A stretch of DNA of 64,000 nt. Origin: Ramazzottius varieornatus. Lineage: Eukaryota; Animalia; Tardigrada. The stretch covers positions 101,337 to 165,336 of the forward strand of contig BDGG01000010.1 of the NCBI GenBank assembly GCA_001949185.1, written 5' to 3'. Both the position numbers and the translations under genes were made by a program. Positions 12,024-25,182 of this stretch are shown in pieces (position 1 is the first letter of the stretch; each line of letters starts with the position of its first letter). A model generated the notes under the pieces. The model saw only the letters and a program-made list of their open reading frames with translations, searched no databases and was not told where the DNA came from.

Positions 12024-12680
12024 ATGGAAAAATCTCGAAAACGACGATATGTGCAGGCACATCCTGGCATGGAAGCAGCTGTAACTGCTGTTAACGATGG
12101 GATGTTTATACAGATGGCCGCCGAGAGAGATCAGATACCTCATACAACTCTCGCCAGTAAAGTCAAAGGGAAACACGGAAAGAAGGCTGGATGTCCCAGT
12201 ACCTTCACGATGGACGAAGAGGGAGAAACCACTGAAATCCTTGTGCGCTGCTCCAAGATGGGTGTTCCTCTCGGTACACATACTCTGATCAAGCTCGTCA
12301 AAGCCATCGCCATTGCAAAAGGTAAGCCTGAGGTTGCTGAAATCTCGCTCGTACGAAGGATAACCTTCGGTCAACATCAGCCACATGTTCAACATAAAAT
12401 GCCCGAACAGCTGACTTCCGGTCAAGCGTGCACTAAGGATAACCTCATCAGCGGTGTTGCTTTTTCTCGGCATGGACTTTGCAGGCATTTTCCAGTGAAA
12501 GTTCCTGAAGAGTATCCTTCGAAGACAAGACCGAAACGAGACACGACAGGGGCGAAGACCGCTCCAGCTCCCAGAAAGAAACCGCCGGCGTCAGCTTCGA
12601 GAACGAAAGCCAAGATGCTTCCATTGCCGAAAAATTCAACCTGGAGTTTCTGCTGTACAATACCATCTAAGAAGACCTAG
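12024..12680 (+). mobile_element. Relic of a pogo/Tigger-like transposase (Psq-type HTH plus CENP-B-type HTH, no DDE domain)
   Basis: MEAAVTAVNDGM..MAAERDQIPHTTL..GCPSTFTMDEE..MGVPL pattern; the downstream sequence is degenerate. Confidence 0.65.
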
Positions 12681-12767
12681 ATGGTATTGGAACATTCTTC
12701 GTTGTCCTGATAATTCAATTATTTAGCTGCTATTACGTTTTGCATCTCCGCGAAAGACGAATGTAAG

Positions 12768-12925
12768 AACTCGGCAAACAAACTTGCCATGATCGTTTCA
12801 CCAAGTGGCGCACGCTACTGATTAATAATACTAGATAGTGCGTCATCTGAAAAGTACATCATTTTCCCAAGTAGCGCGCGCTTCTGGCCAATAAAACTGA
12901 AATGTGCGCCACTGGGGAAAACAAT
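12768..12925. repeat. Palindromic MITE-like family A copy (intergenic)
   Basis: CTCGGCAAACAAACTTG..CAAGTGGCGCAC and a second unit ending GTGCGCCACTGGGGAAAAC. Confidence 0.75.
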
Positions 12926-13084
12926 ATTCGCAGCATCGCAAAACGCTAAGTGTATCATATGTGACAGCGAAAGTAGAAATATAGTCTCCGGCCGTGGGTG
13001 CATATTGTCTTCTGCCTTGAATTCTAGAAAACCCCGGACGGCTAAAACTATGTACACTCTTCAGTGGGTGCCTCATGGTTAAGT

Positions 13085-14302
13085 TAGGGTTGTTAATATC
13101 CAATCCGACATCGGATGGTTCCGGATGAATCCGGATAGAAAATGGATTGGATAGGCATTCTATCCATCCAGCTGTTAACCGGATAGAGATCCTAACCGTC
13201 TAGATGGGATCCGGATAAGCTCTCCATCCATCCGGTTTTCTATCCGGATAGAACCAAAACTGCTAACGCGCAGTCAAACAGTCCAATACACCAGCAGGTA
13301 ACCCGACATAGATTCGCAATCTCCCTACACGCTTGTCTTCTGAGCGTAGTTTTGTTTACGCAATCTGTGTCATGTCCTCTCCGGTCGGATTTCGCAAATC
13401 GATCTGCTATCTAGAATGATCTCCCGGCAGCTTGACTCTTTATCCCTTCGTAATAAGTGGACCTATTCCTTCGGTTCTTTGTGTCAGACGGGCTATAGCC
13501 CGTGATCTGCAGCTAACGACTGACCATAAAGAGCTTCCGAAAGCGTGGTTGGGAGCAACGAGACAAGGACGACAACGATGGTCCCTATGATGAACTTCAA
13601 GAAGACGCTGGAGAAACGCTGGTTGAAATCTTGTCTCCCACTACTCCTGGCAGCTCCACGGACAGTATATCCGGAAGCGGACCGATGACCAGGTCCTCCG
13701 TCAGCTCCACTGAGGTGAAGAAGAAGAAGGGCAAAGCGCCGAAGTCAGACTTGAACCTTCACTTCACTAAAATGGTGGGAAGCGACGGAAAGCCAAACGC
13801 GAAGTGCAACCACGGTGGTAAAGTGTACAAGAATATCCAAGGTGCGTTTAACTTCCATGGATGCGTGGACTGGAGTTTCTACGAAGCCACCTTCACAACT
13901 TCGCAGAAGACGACTCAAAGGTGTCGATAGTTTTACCCGTGGCATATTGACAATATTATAGTCGTGCGTGTAATATTACGAGCTATAACTCGTGTTTTCC
14001 TGACGCTCACTTGGGTTTGTAGACGCTATGAATATGTGGAGTCGCGAGAGATATGGAGAAAACGTTGGAAGAATCGATGAAGCTGTCGTGGAAGAAGCAA
14101 GGAAGCCGGACTCCTTTGCCCACGATAGCGCGGCTGCTGCATCCAAAGACGCGTACCTGGATACGCAAGAAAGTCGTGATGCGGCCAGCACGGTTCTCAC
14201 GCACGTCCTGCAATTGTATAAAGCAGCACCCAGGTATTTTCAGTTGACGTAGTATAGCGCAAAAATTATAATTTGTCAGAGTAAAATCGAGTAACAACCC
14301 TA
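13085..14302 (+). mobile_element. Non-autonomous, internally deleted hAT element
   Basis: Perfect 11-bp TIRs TAGGGTTGTTA (13085) and TAACAACCCTA (14292-14302). ATCCGGATAG subterminal repeats. Degenerate BED finger (LHFTK..AKCNHGGKVY) at 13760-13830. No clean 8-bp TSD. Confidence 0.75.
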
Positions 14303-15317
14303 CTAATGGCGGTAAACGTGGTCAGCAGATTTTAACCAAGCTACACAACTAACATCGCCGCCTGCACAATTTGACTGTACGAACGCGGGTAGGCTAGGCC
14401 CGGAAAAGGTGGAAAAACGACCGTCCTCAATGGCTCCGATATACACACTCACCGCCAGTTGTGGGATGCGGAGACAGACCGAACGCACTGAAGCACTATG
14501 GTGCACGGGGTGACACGCACACGCAACTGCCCAGAGCGTAACCATGCGCGACAACATTGAGGTTGTGCAGCCGAATTTTCCATGGTTAATCTCGATGGTG
14601 TGCCGTGATGCTACGCAAGAATGGTGATGCCATGCACGCGGAATTCAACGTGACCGAGCATATCGTGCGGTACAAGCGTGCGGGACAAGAGTGCGGTGAT
14701 ACGACATGCCGTTGCGCCTGAGACACGTCTTGCGTCAGCTGTTTTGGCCTATCTGGCCTGCCCCACATGTCGGGCGGTAAAAGCATTGGCACTAGTGCAC
14801 ATATGGTGACCACATAGCCTGAAGCCATTGTTTACCCCGCGCGGCACCACCAAGCTCCTGCGTGTCTACTGTTCCTCGTACCGTCGGCACCATTGAGTCG
14901 TCAGCAACGAAGGTGATGTTCGCAGTTCTAATTACCTCCACTGTTTCAGGTAACTTAGACAAATATTTCTATTTCACCGATATTTGCGTCAAGCACCTAA
15001 TAACCACGAGAAAAATCGAAAAGTTTCTTCGATTTACCAGAAACAATGGTAAATCAAAAGCACTGCATTTGCTTCATCTTTGTTGCCGACGGTACGCGGA
15101 CCAGTAGAAACGCAGGACCTTGGTAGTACAGTACCAGGATAACAATAGCTCCACACATTTGAAATTTAATGTCCGGAAAGTGATCTAAAGCCGTTCAGCC
15201 TGTTTGTTCATAGACAGTTAAACGTTTAGCTCTCACAGAAATCTATCAATTCTGTGATCGGCAATAGGGTGTTCCCAAAGGCCTCCCTTGTAGCACGTAA
15301 GGCACCACGATCTAAAG

Positions 15318-15655
15318 ATGGATCTCCCGGAACGACTGAATACGTCAGCGCCGAGTAATGCGTCAAACGTGTCAAATCATGGCGCTCCTTTCTGGAGCCA
15401 GTACAAGTCTAGCTTGACCACCTGGTTCGTGACGACGCTCTGTACCGCTGTGGTCTGTGGACTCATCGACCTGGTCTTTCTGGTAGCTATCTGTACTACC
15501 AGAAAACTCCGAACAGGGTCGGGCATTTTGATTGGTCACCTGACCGCAATGGAAATGTCCATGTGCCTGGTTCACATGCCTGTTTTTCTGGTCGGTACCA
15601 TTGTACATTCACAGTTCCTTTTCACATGTCGCTTCACGCAGTTCCTCTTCGCAGG
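15318..15655 (+). pseudogene. GPCR fragment (N-terminus to TM3) of a different subfamily
   Basis: N-glycosylation-rich N-terminus, KLRTGSGILIGHL, CRFTQF; homology is then lost. Confidence 0.6.
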
Positions 15656-16264
15656 TGTTCGTGACTTTAAACAGTTCGACATATCGCGACGGAGTTCGAG
15701 AACTGCTGCGAAGAGCGCTGGGGCGACCCTGCAGCTGAGATATGAGCACCCTACCTTTACCTGGTGAACCTGCAATAGGTATACTCTCTCCTCTGCTTAT
15801 TAACAAACCGGCGAAGCTGTTCGAATATCCTTTGATTTCCGCGATACCGAAGTGGAAACGACTGGCATCCTCGGACGTAATCAATATTATTGAAAATGAT
15901 TAATATGGATCCGTTGGATAATCTGAACGAACATGCACATAGTATCGAGAATCGGTTGACGTGTGAGCAGCCCACTTTCCAAAATCATTTTCATTAGGTT
16001 ATTTGTCCTGGTATTCCAGTACATAATATGTGAATATGAGACAGTAGTAACAGTGTCGGGGAGGTTTTATTGAACAGTAAGATCACGAAGGTGAAACCTG
16101 GTCTCGACGGTGGTTGGAGTGGAAGAAGGAATCGAGCACGCCCTTACACATGCGCATGGATGAGTGTAAACAAGCTTCGAACTTGTTTGCCTGTCGCACC
16201 TTGACTTAGTGTACGGGATCTGTCACGCACCACCGTACCGCAAATGGGCGGGGACACACACACG

Positions 16265-16750
16265 TTAAACCAATAGAAAACCTTTCCAGCCCAGGTACCA
16301 GTTTGGATTGTACTTGTCGATCAGGTTGAAAGGTCCGTGGATGAACACGAGGATAAAGTCGATGAGCAGAAGGTTCATCAAGTAGACACCGAAGGAGTTA
16401 CGCAGACCTTGGCGACTGATGAAAGTGACCAGTAAGAACGAGTTCGAGGTTCCTCCCGTTATCAATGCAAAAACCGCAAAACCGGGTGGCAAGGACCAGC
16501 TATCGGGAGTTGAGGAGTTAGTTGAGTTGGAAGTACTAGTGTTAGCGAGGTCCATGACGCCCAATATACAAAATGATTTTCGCACTCATGCAGAAGCTTC
16601 AAGCCCAAAAGTAGCAATTGTCATTAAAGGTGAGTTTAAGATTCCTCCGGTCATCAACGCAAACATCGCGAAACCAAGCGACAGGGACCAGCTATGTGAA
16701 TCGAGGAATCGGTCAAATCTGACTTACTGCATCGTATTGGCAAATTCCAT
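16265..16750 (-). pseudogene. Two tandem 5' fragments of the same GPCR family (16265-16555 and about 16620-16750)
   Basis: SWSLPPGFAVFALITGG..LRNSFGVYLMNLLLID..HGPFNLIDKY, truncated before TM3. An upstream decayed copy reads SWSLSLGFAMFALMTGGILN. Confidence 0.75.
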
Positions 16751-18996
16751 GCCGCTCAAAAATACAGAAAATCTTTGTGCTCGATCAAAAGTTGCACGCT
16801 TAAATACTGTCAATAGCCAATAAATTTCCAGTTTGATTTGGTCACTCACATCATCCGAAATTGCTCCTGGGACGAGCGATTACCGTTGTGCTGGAACACT
16901 GCCGCTGCCGTTATCTTTACGCACGATACACGAGTTGGATCTCAGATGCATCAAAACCTACGAGCTGGTCCACGCACACCTTAATTGATCTCGTCAACTT
17001 ACCTTACACCTTACCTACTCGAACTTCACCTGTGTTTCGCTGATCTAACGTTTTTGGGGCAAATGGTTAGACGTTTTGGCTTTGGTTAGACGTTTTCAGA
17101 AAGCTTGCCACACTGTGGCGGAATCAGCCTGACCGAACGACCGAGTTCCAGAACTTCCGCGGTATTCCCGAATAACCGTTGGTCAGAACATACATACTGC
17201 TCGAATTATTCTGCTAACTTTGCAATTCCTCTATTGAATACCTAGCTGGAACGAAATCTCGAGAAAGAATTGCATTTCCTCTGATCCCTGGCCGCATTTG
17301 TGAAACAGTTTCATCGACTGAATCTTGACTTTGAGCTGGCACACCGAATACCCAGTCTTCTGAAATCTGATTCTGAATCGGTTCACTAAATCTCTAAGCC
17401 GGGAAAGCAGTACTTTCAGTAACTATCCGATCTAGTCGACTGTTTCTGTTTTCTGCTTTTCCGGCTCATATTTCACGAAACACCGAAAATAGTGATGTTG
17501 GCGTAAGGGTATTCCGACTTAATATAATTTTGATTTAATAAGCTCGGCCTGCCGGATTTCTAACAGAATTTTAATATAATATACCACGACCTGGGAGCAT
17601 CTGATATGATGTCAATATAATAACTTGTTTCGTCGGGTCCTTATTATAATGTATTATGATATTTCTGATGCGTGTATGAACAGAGCGATGGAGCTCTCTT
17701 TCTCAGTCCTAACTCTGTTTTGGTGTTACCGAAGCCACGAAACTTTCCTCCATTCATAATTTCGTAAAAAAAAGAGACGACAAACATAGCGCTCGGAAAC
17801 GCGAAACCGGACCTGGAGAAGCGGGCAGCGCCACACTGAGGAATGGGTATTGTTAGTATGTAGGTGGTTCGTAAAACTCATATTTCTACATTATTCAATC
17901 AAACGAAGTGTGGCAATCAATCTATCACCCTGAACGTTCATCAATGTGCTCTCACGTGCAGGTGCATGACGCGCTGTGATCGGACCTACCAGCGCACAGT
18001 GCACAGTCACACGATCCAATGGCTCAAATCAAGCGTTATTCTAATCGAACTGAGCCGCAATCGCGGTTGATAATACTAAGATGGAGCGCTCTGCGAGTTA
18101 AATTTAATATGATATTTTCAGCTCTGACTCCCATCTAATTTAGTACTAATAAATCCCACCTCGATCGATGTATCTAATAAATATTAATATGTTATGTTAG
18201 ATGCAAAAAGCATCTAATAAGTTCTAATCTAATATAATATTCATAAATGCCAACATCGCTGACCTGAGCTTGGTTACCGGTTTCAAGACATTGGTCTTCA
18301 CTCTTCAAGCGCGAACGTCAAAAGACGCGACAAACTTTCTATTTTCCGGGCATCACCTTATATCTGATGAAAAAACTCGGGTTTAAATCAAACAACATCG
18401 AAGTTCTTCTATGGTTTGAATTTGCGCACTCGAACGTTTCCCTTGTTAGTCCACTATGTTTAAAGCGAGCCTAGGGGACTGACCATAACTTTCAATATTT
18501 ACACTGCCGCTCCTCCGCCCTACCCGTTTCCGTTTTTCTACATCATCGACAAGCTGCGAGCGAGCCGAAGGCGAAGCGAACAGCTTGTAAACTACTGAAG
18601 CCTATCAGAAAGTATCGATCACTGTTGGTTATTTGAATGCCCGTACGGACTGCAAGACGAAGAACGCACGGCGAACGCACGGTGAACGAGAGCGCCAGGT
18701 GCTCGTCGTCCCTACTGACTTCCTTCAGGCGGCCAGTAACAGATCTGTTCCGGGCTCGATAATGAAATAGGCAGTTAGTACACCACGTAATTTTGACTGT
18801 ACGATAGTCCGCAAGTAGCAGCTCCTCAACCAAGACTACAGTTAGAGCGCGTATAGTCGGTGTCTAATTTATTAGCAGGCCCGGAACAGTCCTGAGTCTT
18901 GCCCGCTCTCTGCCTTTCTTCCGATCGCTTCTATGACGTCTGTATTGATCGAGCGTGTACGCCGAAGACCCCGCCCGTGCAGGGAGATGTCTCGTT

Positions 18997-20088
18997 TCAC
19001 TTAAATCGGTGGTGCACCCATGTAAAGACGATTTTCCGCAGCTCCGAGTTTCCCAAGACCACCAACATTGGGTCGCAGACAGTCGTGAGTCTTTCCAAGA
19101 CATCCGCGATGACGTTGAAACCTGGCGGTGCGTTGTCAGTAAACAGCAGCGTGGTGTAGTAGGCCTCTTTTGGCATTAAACAGATTATGACACTTGCAGT
19201 CATCAAAGTCAGAGTGAGGAAGCCGGTCGCACTGCCGTTGAGAATTCTCCCGCAAACCAGGACTTTCGGAGCAGGTTTGACTGATCCTCCAACAGTTTTT
19301 CCGTTCTCGTTATCGTCGTAGCCATTCTGCATGGTCCGGTGAAGTGTGACCGGCTGGCTCTGACTCACCGCGGTTCGTCTAGTTCGCGTCTTACGATCAC
19401 TGAAAAACGATTTGTAGCAAACGACCGGGTAGGCCAAGATGACGCACAGGATAGGCGTGTCGAACATGAAGAGCTGTGAGATGTAGTTCCACGCTCCGAG
19501 AGTTTCCGTATCGATGTCACACACCACTGTACCGTTAGTCGAGCCCGGTGTTAGAACAGTCACAGTCAGCGCCACCGGAACGTTGCAAATGTTCAAAGCC
19601 AACCATACGGAGAAGCACAGTCCGATGGCAACCTTCTTTGTGTGGTGAGTCCGGTAGGAAAACGGAAAGACGACTGCCCACACGCGGTTGAGCGCAATGA
19701 GGAAGTGCGCAATGATGATGAGGTTCTGGTAAGTGTAGCCCATGTAACTCTGAAAGGCGCACAGTTTCCAACCTAACGTCCAGCTAGAGCCGTACTTGTC
19801 CATGATGTTGATTGGCCCATGGATGAAGACAAGGATGATGTCGATGATTAGGAGGTTCATCAGGTAGATTCCGAAGGAGTTGCGAAGGTGGCGATGCTTG
19901 AGGAAGGTGACCAGCACAGTGACGTTGAAGATTGCCCCGAAGATCAGAGCGAAGATGGCCACAACGGGCATGACTGACCAAACTACCGTCAAGGAAGGTG
20001 TAAAAACGGTGGCGTTCCTCAGGGTGGGTAGCCAGGCTTTGGAGAGGGATGGATCCCTTGGGTCAGAAGACTCGTTAGATGTGCTCAT
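18997..20088 (-). CDS. Intronless class A (rhodopsin-like) orphan GPCR, 363 aa
   Basis: Seven hydrophobic segments, TM3 Cys (WKLCAF), NRV in place of DRY, ECL2 Cys, TM6 ICLMP, TM7 CDPM. Confidence 0.9.
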   Translation of the reverse strand: MSTSNESSDPRDPSLSKAWLPTLRNATVFTPSLTVVWSVMPVVAIFALIFGAIFNVTVLVTFLKHRHLRNSFGIYLMNLLIIDIILVFIHGPINIMDKYGSSWTLGWKLCAFQSYMGYTYQNLIIIAHFLIALNRVWAVVFPFSYRTHHTKKVAIGLCFSVWLALNICNVPVALTVTVLTPGSTNGTVVCDIDTETLGAWNYISQLFMFDTPILCVILAYPVVCYKSFFSDRKTRTRRTAVSQSQPVTLHRTMQNGYDDNENGKTVGGSVKPAPKVLVCGRILNGSATGFLTLTLMTASVIICLMPKEAYYTTLLFTDNAPPGFNVIADVLERLTTVCDPMLVVLGNSELRKIVFTWVHHRFK

Positions 20089-20911
20089 TTTACGACTGTC
20101 GTGGTTGCATGAGCACGAAGCAAGCTAAACTAACATCACAATCCGAAGACCAAGTAGGGATGCGGGGGTTCGTATAGATACTGTCAGCAGACTACATATA
20201 ACCTGAACTTGACCTTGAATATGTGACCTGTTTTTTTCCGGTCCTTCATCGACAGATAGCTTCCTGGACTCAAGAAAGCAGCCGCCAGATTCAAGAAACC
20301 AGTGGTTTCCGCTTGATTCTTCACCCACGTCAGACATCTGAACTGAAACTGACAGCCGCGCAGCTGATTTGACACAAGGGTGGTCATGCGCACTGCTAAA
20401 ACTTAGTACGAGAAAAAACACGAAATCGTTCTGGTTTTTGACATCTCCTATGCCGTATTTTGACGTATATACCCATGGGAACACCTGTCTTCTAGGTACA
20501 TAATGACTGCTGCGCGAGACAAAGTAACAACAGGATCACATTACAGTTTTTCGACAGTGATCTGTGCGCTTGACAGTTCGGTTTTTGCAAGAAGCGCCGA
20601 CCTATCAATTCTGTCTTGGAGGCGCTACCGTTGTCATGCGGGACGAGGATCGGAAGGATCAGGCTGATGTTTTTCTCTGACATCCGTACGTCACATGGTA
20701 AGGTCAGTATTAAACATATTCCTTTCTTGCGCAAAGTCCGAGTATCGAGCTCACAGCAGGTGGGACCGTCCCGTTTGCCTTGACATACAATGCAGAAATG
20801 CTTATTGTGTTATAGGTACTACGAAGGCGACTGAAGGACTCGAAGAGATATTAGGCCCCTTGCGTTTTCGAGAAAAGCCTCAAACCATTTACCCAAACTA
20901 TCGGACGATTA

Positions 20912-21065
20912 CTGTGGTGTTACCAGATTATCGCGCACTCAACCACGTGAACAGTAAATGATGGCCGGGTGACAGCCTGCGAGGCTAAACTGATAACATC
21001 TGATCACACCGGGCAGCGATGACTCATCACGTGGTTCAGTGCGCAATAATTTGGTAGCACTACAG
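20912..21065. mobile_element. Small TA-flanked MITE (Tc1/mariner-type)
   Basis: About 40-bp imperfect TIRs CTGTGGTGTTACCAGATTATCGCGCACT... and ...AGTGCGCAATAATTTGGTAGCACTACAG, flanked by TA. Confidence 0.7.
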
Positions 21066-23865
21066 TAGTAAAATTGGTTCCGGATGACAAGCCTGCTTGT
21101 CGAAGATCTTAATATTCCGAGAGCAAGCAGGCATGGATTTAGAAGCTAAGGAAAGATTGATTTTCGGACGGTAACCATAGTTCTACGAATTAGTTTGAGC
21201 GTTCGTTCAAGGCTTTCGTCAAGAACGCAAGGTGCCTTATGGTGTTTCACACTTTGAAAATAGAAAAGGATAAAACCTAAAACCAGAAGACCATGTCCTC
21301 ATAATTTGTTGATTATATTTCAATCTAGTTTTCACCGCTTTCTTCATTTGAAGAAAAGGTTCTCTGTTTTAGCACCTTGAGCACGACGCGAGTTCCCAGA
21401 ATACGTAGTGGGAAGCTCACGTCCACCTTATTCTAACTGGTTGAGGTCGGTGGGCGGCCCCAAATTCGATTAATCACCACCTGTTCGACTGGCCAAAATT
21501 TTAGAATACGATGTACAGTACGCCACGGTCGCTGCCTACCAGCTGAAAACGGTCAACCTTCATAATTTCTTGTTGACCACTGGGTAGATCTTTTATCGAA
21601 TCCAAAATTTTACAAAGACACAAAAATGGTTGAACGAGAGCTGCAATTTTTTTGGGACTTTGAGCCAACCGAGTGCTTGGCTAGACGAAAGTTTGCTGGC
21701 TCCGACGGAGAAAACTGCAGGCAGTTCTTCATAGCCAGTGTCCAGTGGCCGTTAGTTGCATTTTCAAGCGAAAGTGATTTTCAGGCAAACGCTTATCAAA
21801 AGTTAAGCTGGATTTTCGCCACGTGGAAATTAGTGTGCGCCAAGAAAGTGAGTTTCCCGCCGCGTCCTCAAGGTGTTAACCATTCCTTTTCCGTGTTATT
21901 TTAATCATTATATTTTAATCATTATAATTGATATTGCAAATCGATTTCTAATAATTAAAATCATTTTAATTGTGCGGGTTGGTATTCGCTTGATTGATTG
22001 ATCCATAATAGGAAATCGAATTTTAATTTTAACAATTGAAATTCGTCAGCGATAATTGATTTTACTTGCAGTCAGCTGACGTAGACTCAACATTAGCACG
22101 TGACTTTTAATAATTTTAATTGCATAGTAAAGGAACACTGTTCCTCTTATCGCACATATCATGTAAAAATCCCTCGTGCTGTATCTGTGTGTAAGAAATT
22201 ATTCCTTATTCAGTCGATGGTACTACTGTGTTATACTGTAGCCTACCGGCCCCATTGTGGTCGAAATGGGAAAAGGGAATTTAGAATAGAGGGAATTTTG
22301 AACTTCACGGAGAACGCATCTTCTTGTTCGAAAGACACGATCCCAGTTTCCAGGAACGCCACTTCGCTCTGCGCTAGCGCGAACACAACGCACGCTGACT
22401 TCCACCCGGAGTCGTTTATTTTGCCATTGTCGCCGGCGGGATTCCCAACGTCGGCCTCTTGATCATCTTCATCATGCGTCGCAGCCTGCACGTGTACTGT
22501 TGGTGTGGATTGATTTTGAGTCTGAGTCTATCCAGACAAAAATGTCCTTTGGGGACTGCGACTATGCTACTTGGTAAACTCTTGGCAAACCGCCGATACA
22601 AAGCCAAAATGCATTGGTTAATGCAGAAAATTAAAAAATCCTATGAAAAAGAGAAAGAAAACTACATAGTATCAGATATTTACAGGGACTGAAGTTGATA
22701 CAGGCCTATAAGTTCTAACGCATAGAGGGCGAACTGCCAGTTTACAGAATCTAGAAGAAGAGAAAAATTAGTCGAGCCGATTGTCGCATGACGAGCACTA
22801 CATACAGGCACCAGTTGTTTGCCACATTGGCTATTGCGCAGCGGCAGGCCTGATGGTTGCCATCAGAGGCCAGCTCGCAACCTAACCATCTTTGCCAGCC
22901 GAGCTTCTCAGGCCCCGAAATGGGTCCAGTTTTAGTTCCGATGGCCGTTGTCCCATACGTCTTCATCTTTGGGACTTTGATCGCCAGGATTATCAAAGAG
23001 TATAAGATTATCAATCTAGCCAGGGAAACACGAGCGAACAGCGCCGTATGAAAGGAGCTTCAGCGGTTTCAGGCGTGATCTGGTAGTGTTCTGGGCAGGA
23101 GTGATCTGGTAGTGTTTTGATCGCAGTTGATAACGCCATCAACCCGGTAACCTTTAGATTGCTTTTACTAGATGTGCGTCCCAGATCTAGAGATGATAGA
23201 ATGTTTGCTTGCAGATTATTTTCATCGCTATGGATAAGGCAAGACTTCGCGCCCTCTGCGGATGGCTGGGCGTTCTCGCAGAGTTGTGGCACCTATCTCC
23301 CTCTCTGCTAGATCGGACACTCTGCAGCGAAAGTCTGTTCGGGCGACAACTAGCTCATTCTATCGGATCCTCAAATCGTGTCAAAACTTGGCGCACTAAC
23401 TTCTTGAGGCAATGGATGAGAATGCAAGTAATACAAGACATACGACAAGACATTGAAAACGCGCTCGCATCATTCTGAGCTGGCACTTCCGTATGCGGGA
23501 AAGTATTAGTAGCCTCTGGGAGAGCTTTTCATTTGTTTTTGTGGCAGTGCACCGCAAATCGCGCGTGCAGATAGAATTTCGAGTACAGATTCGATTACAT
23601 AAGAAGCTGTTCGCCACCTGACATCTACTTTTAATCAAACAACGATTATAAAAAGCAAAAATACACCCACAGTGTAATTTTCGGAGTATTCATTTCACAC
23701 TCGTTATCATCTGAATTGAGTGATACCATTTCAATCACAGTACCGAAACAGTCGAAACTCATTCTTTCAACGGTATCGCCTTTTTGCTACTAATAACAGA
23801 CACAAATTGATCCACTGTTAAATATAAAGATGTACAGAATGATAATAAGCAACTATCCCCGGAGA

Positions 23866-25182
23866 CTACCACAAACGATCCGGCAAGCTCAGGGCGCGGA
23901 AGCGGCCCCACCCGTGACGTAGTTCCAGCGACTCGCAAATTAGCCTCTGCAATTCCGGTCCATCGTCCTCCTGGAACGCCGCGTAATACGGACTACAGTC
24001 TGCCAAACAATGACAGACCGGTGAAGTATAATGGACCTTGCAGAGGGGAATATCATAAGGCGGTGGAGTAAAAGCGTTATCTGTACATGTTTGGCGGTAA
24101 CGCTCTAGGTAAGACGCCAGTACCACAAAGATGTGGATGAAGATGGGCCGATAGGGTGGTGCCGGCTCGTAGCTTTCCAGTCCATTCTTTATCCTATCTT
24201 GCATCCTGCAAACCAGAATGGGTCATCGACAAATGAACTCACGCAGATCGTCTTCCCGAGTGGCGCAATATCCCGACCAGTGAGAACCAAAAGGTGCGCC
24301 ACTTGAGAAGAGTGTCGTACATTTTTGCGCCAATGTCGGGTCGTTGACCGTCATCCCAAATGCCCAAGCACTTCTGTAACCAGTAGATCTGTTCGATAGG
24401 GTACGGCCACAGTTTCTGGTACGCCACCAGATCGAGAATATGCGGTATCTCCCTCGAGTACGTCTCGTCGCTGTTGTAGTCCAGTCTGGGCAACCTCACT
24501 CTCAGCCATCGGAAAGACGGCGGATACAGCGACTTGAAGAAGGCCGGTACGTCATATCCTTCACTCATATCAAAGACATAGTTGCAGTTGATCAACGAGT
24601 AGATCATATTGTTCGACTGTGGCGCCGTGCCGTAACCTAGTTCTTCCAGCCAGAAACTGATGCGGCTGTGTTTAATTTGCAATTGGTTAGCATTGAGCAC
24701 CATAACTTGACGGATAGTGGTCTGGTCAGAGATGGCTTGTCGGATGTGGCCGTGTTTGCTCAAGTTCCAGAAGCTGTCTTCGGTGGCCTTCAACGGCACT
24801 TCCTTCTCACTGCGACCTTCAAAGTCCACGATGAGGATCTTGGCACGTGAGAGTGCTTGACGAACGAGCAGTGGGAGAAAGACATAGTGGCGTTTGTCGA
24901 TGCCGCGTTTGATGAGGTGAATACGGTTGATGAACAGCGTGGATGGTCCTTCGTCCAAGTAGCCTTCTCGCCATGTGCGACAAACTCTGAAAATAAAAAG
25001 GACTTCGAATTCAACGTTAACACGTCTGTCATTGCAGCCTACCGCCGGTTGATTGTTCGTTCGATGAAGCCAAGATGGGAGAAGATATCGTCGAGCAGTA
25101 GATACGGAAGTTCGAATATATGAACGGGATTTCTCCCTGCCAGATCTTTTTGCAGCTCTTCGTTGTACAAGTAAGGGTCCAT
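23866..25182 (-). CDS. F-box protein with a lineage-specific C-terminal region
   Basis: Exons 25043-25182 and 24321-24986 splice to give IFELPYLLLDDIFSHLGFIERTINRRVCRTW (F-box). Last exon 23866-24205. Confidence 0.75.
24226..24315. repeat. Palindromic MITE-like family A copy (F-box intron)
   Basis: CAGATCGTCTTCCCGAGTGGCGCA...GTGCGCCACTTG. Confidence 0.7.

Noticed and set aside
17044-17116. GTTAGACGTTTT repeats ending in TTGCCACACTG (hAT-like terminus)
   Set aside because: No partner TIR found.
21880-23480. AT-rich repeats and short ORFs, possibly a decayed transposon
   Set aside because: No recognisable domain or paired termini; multiple stops.
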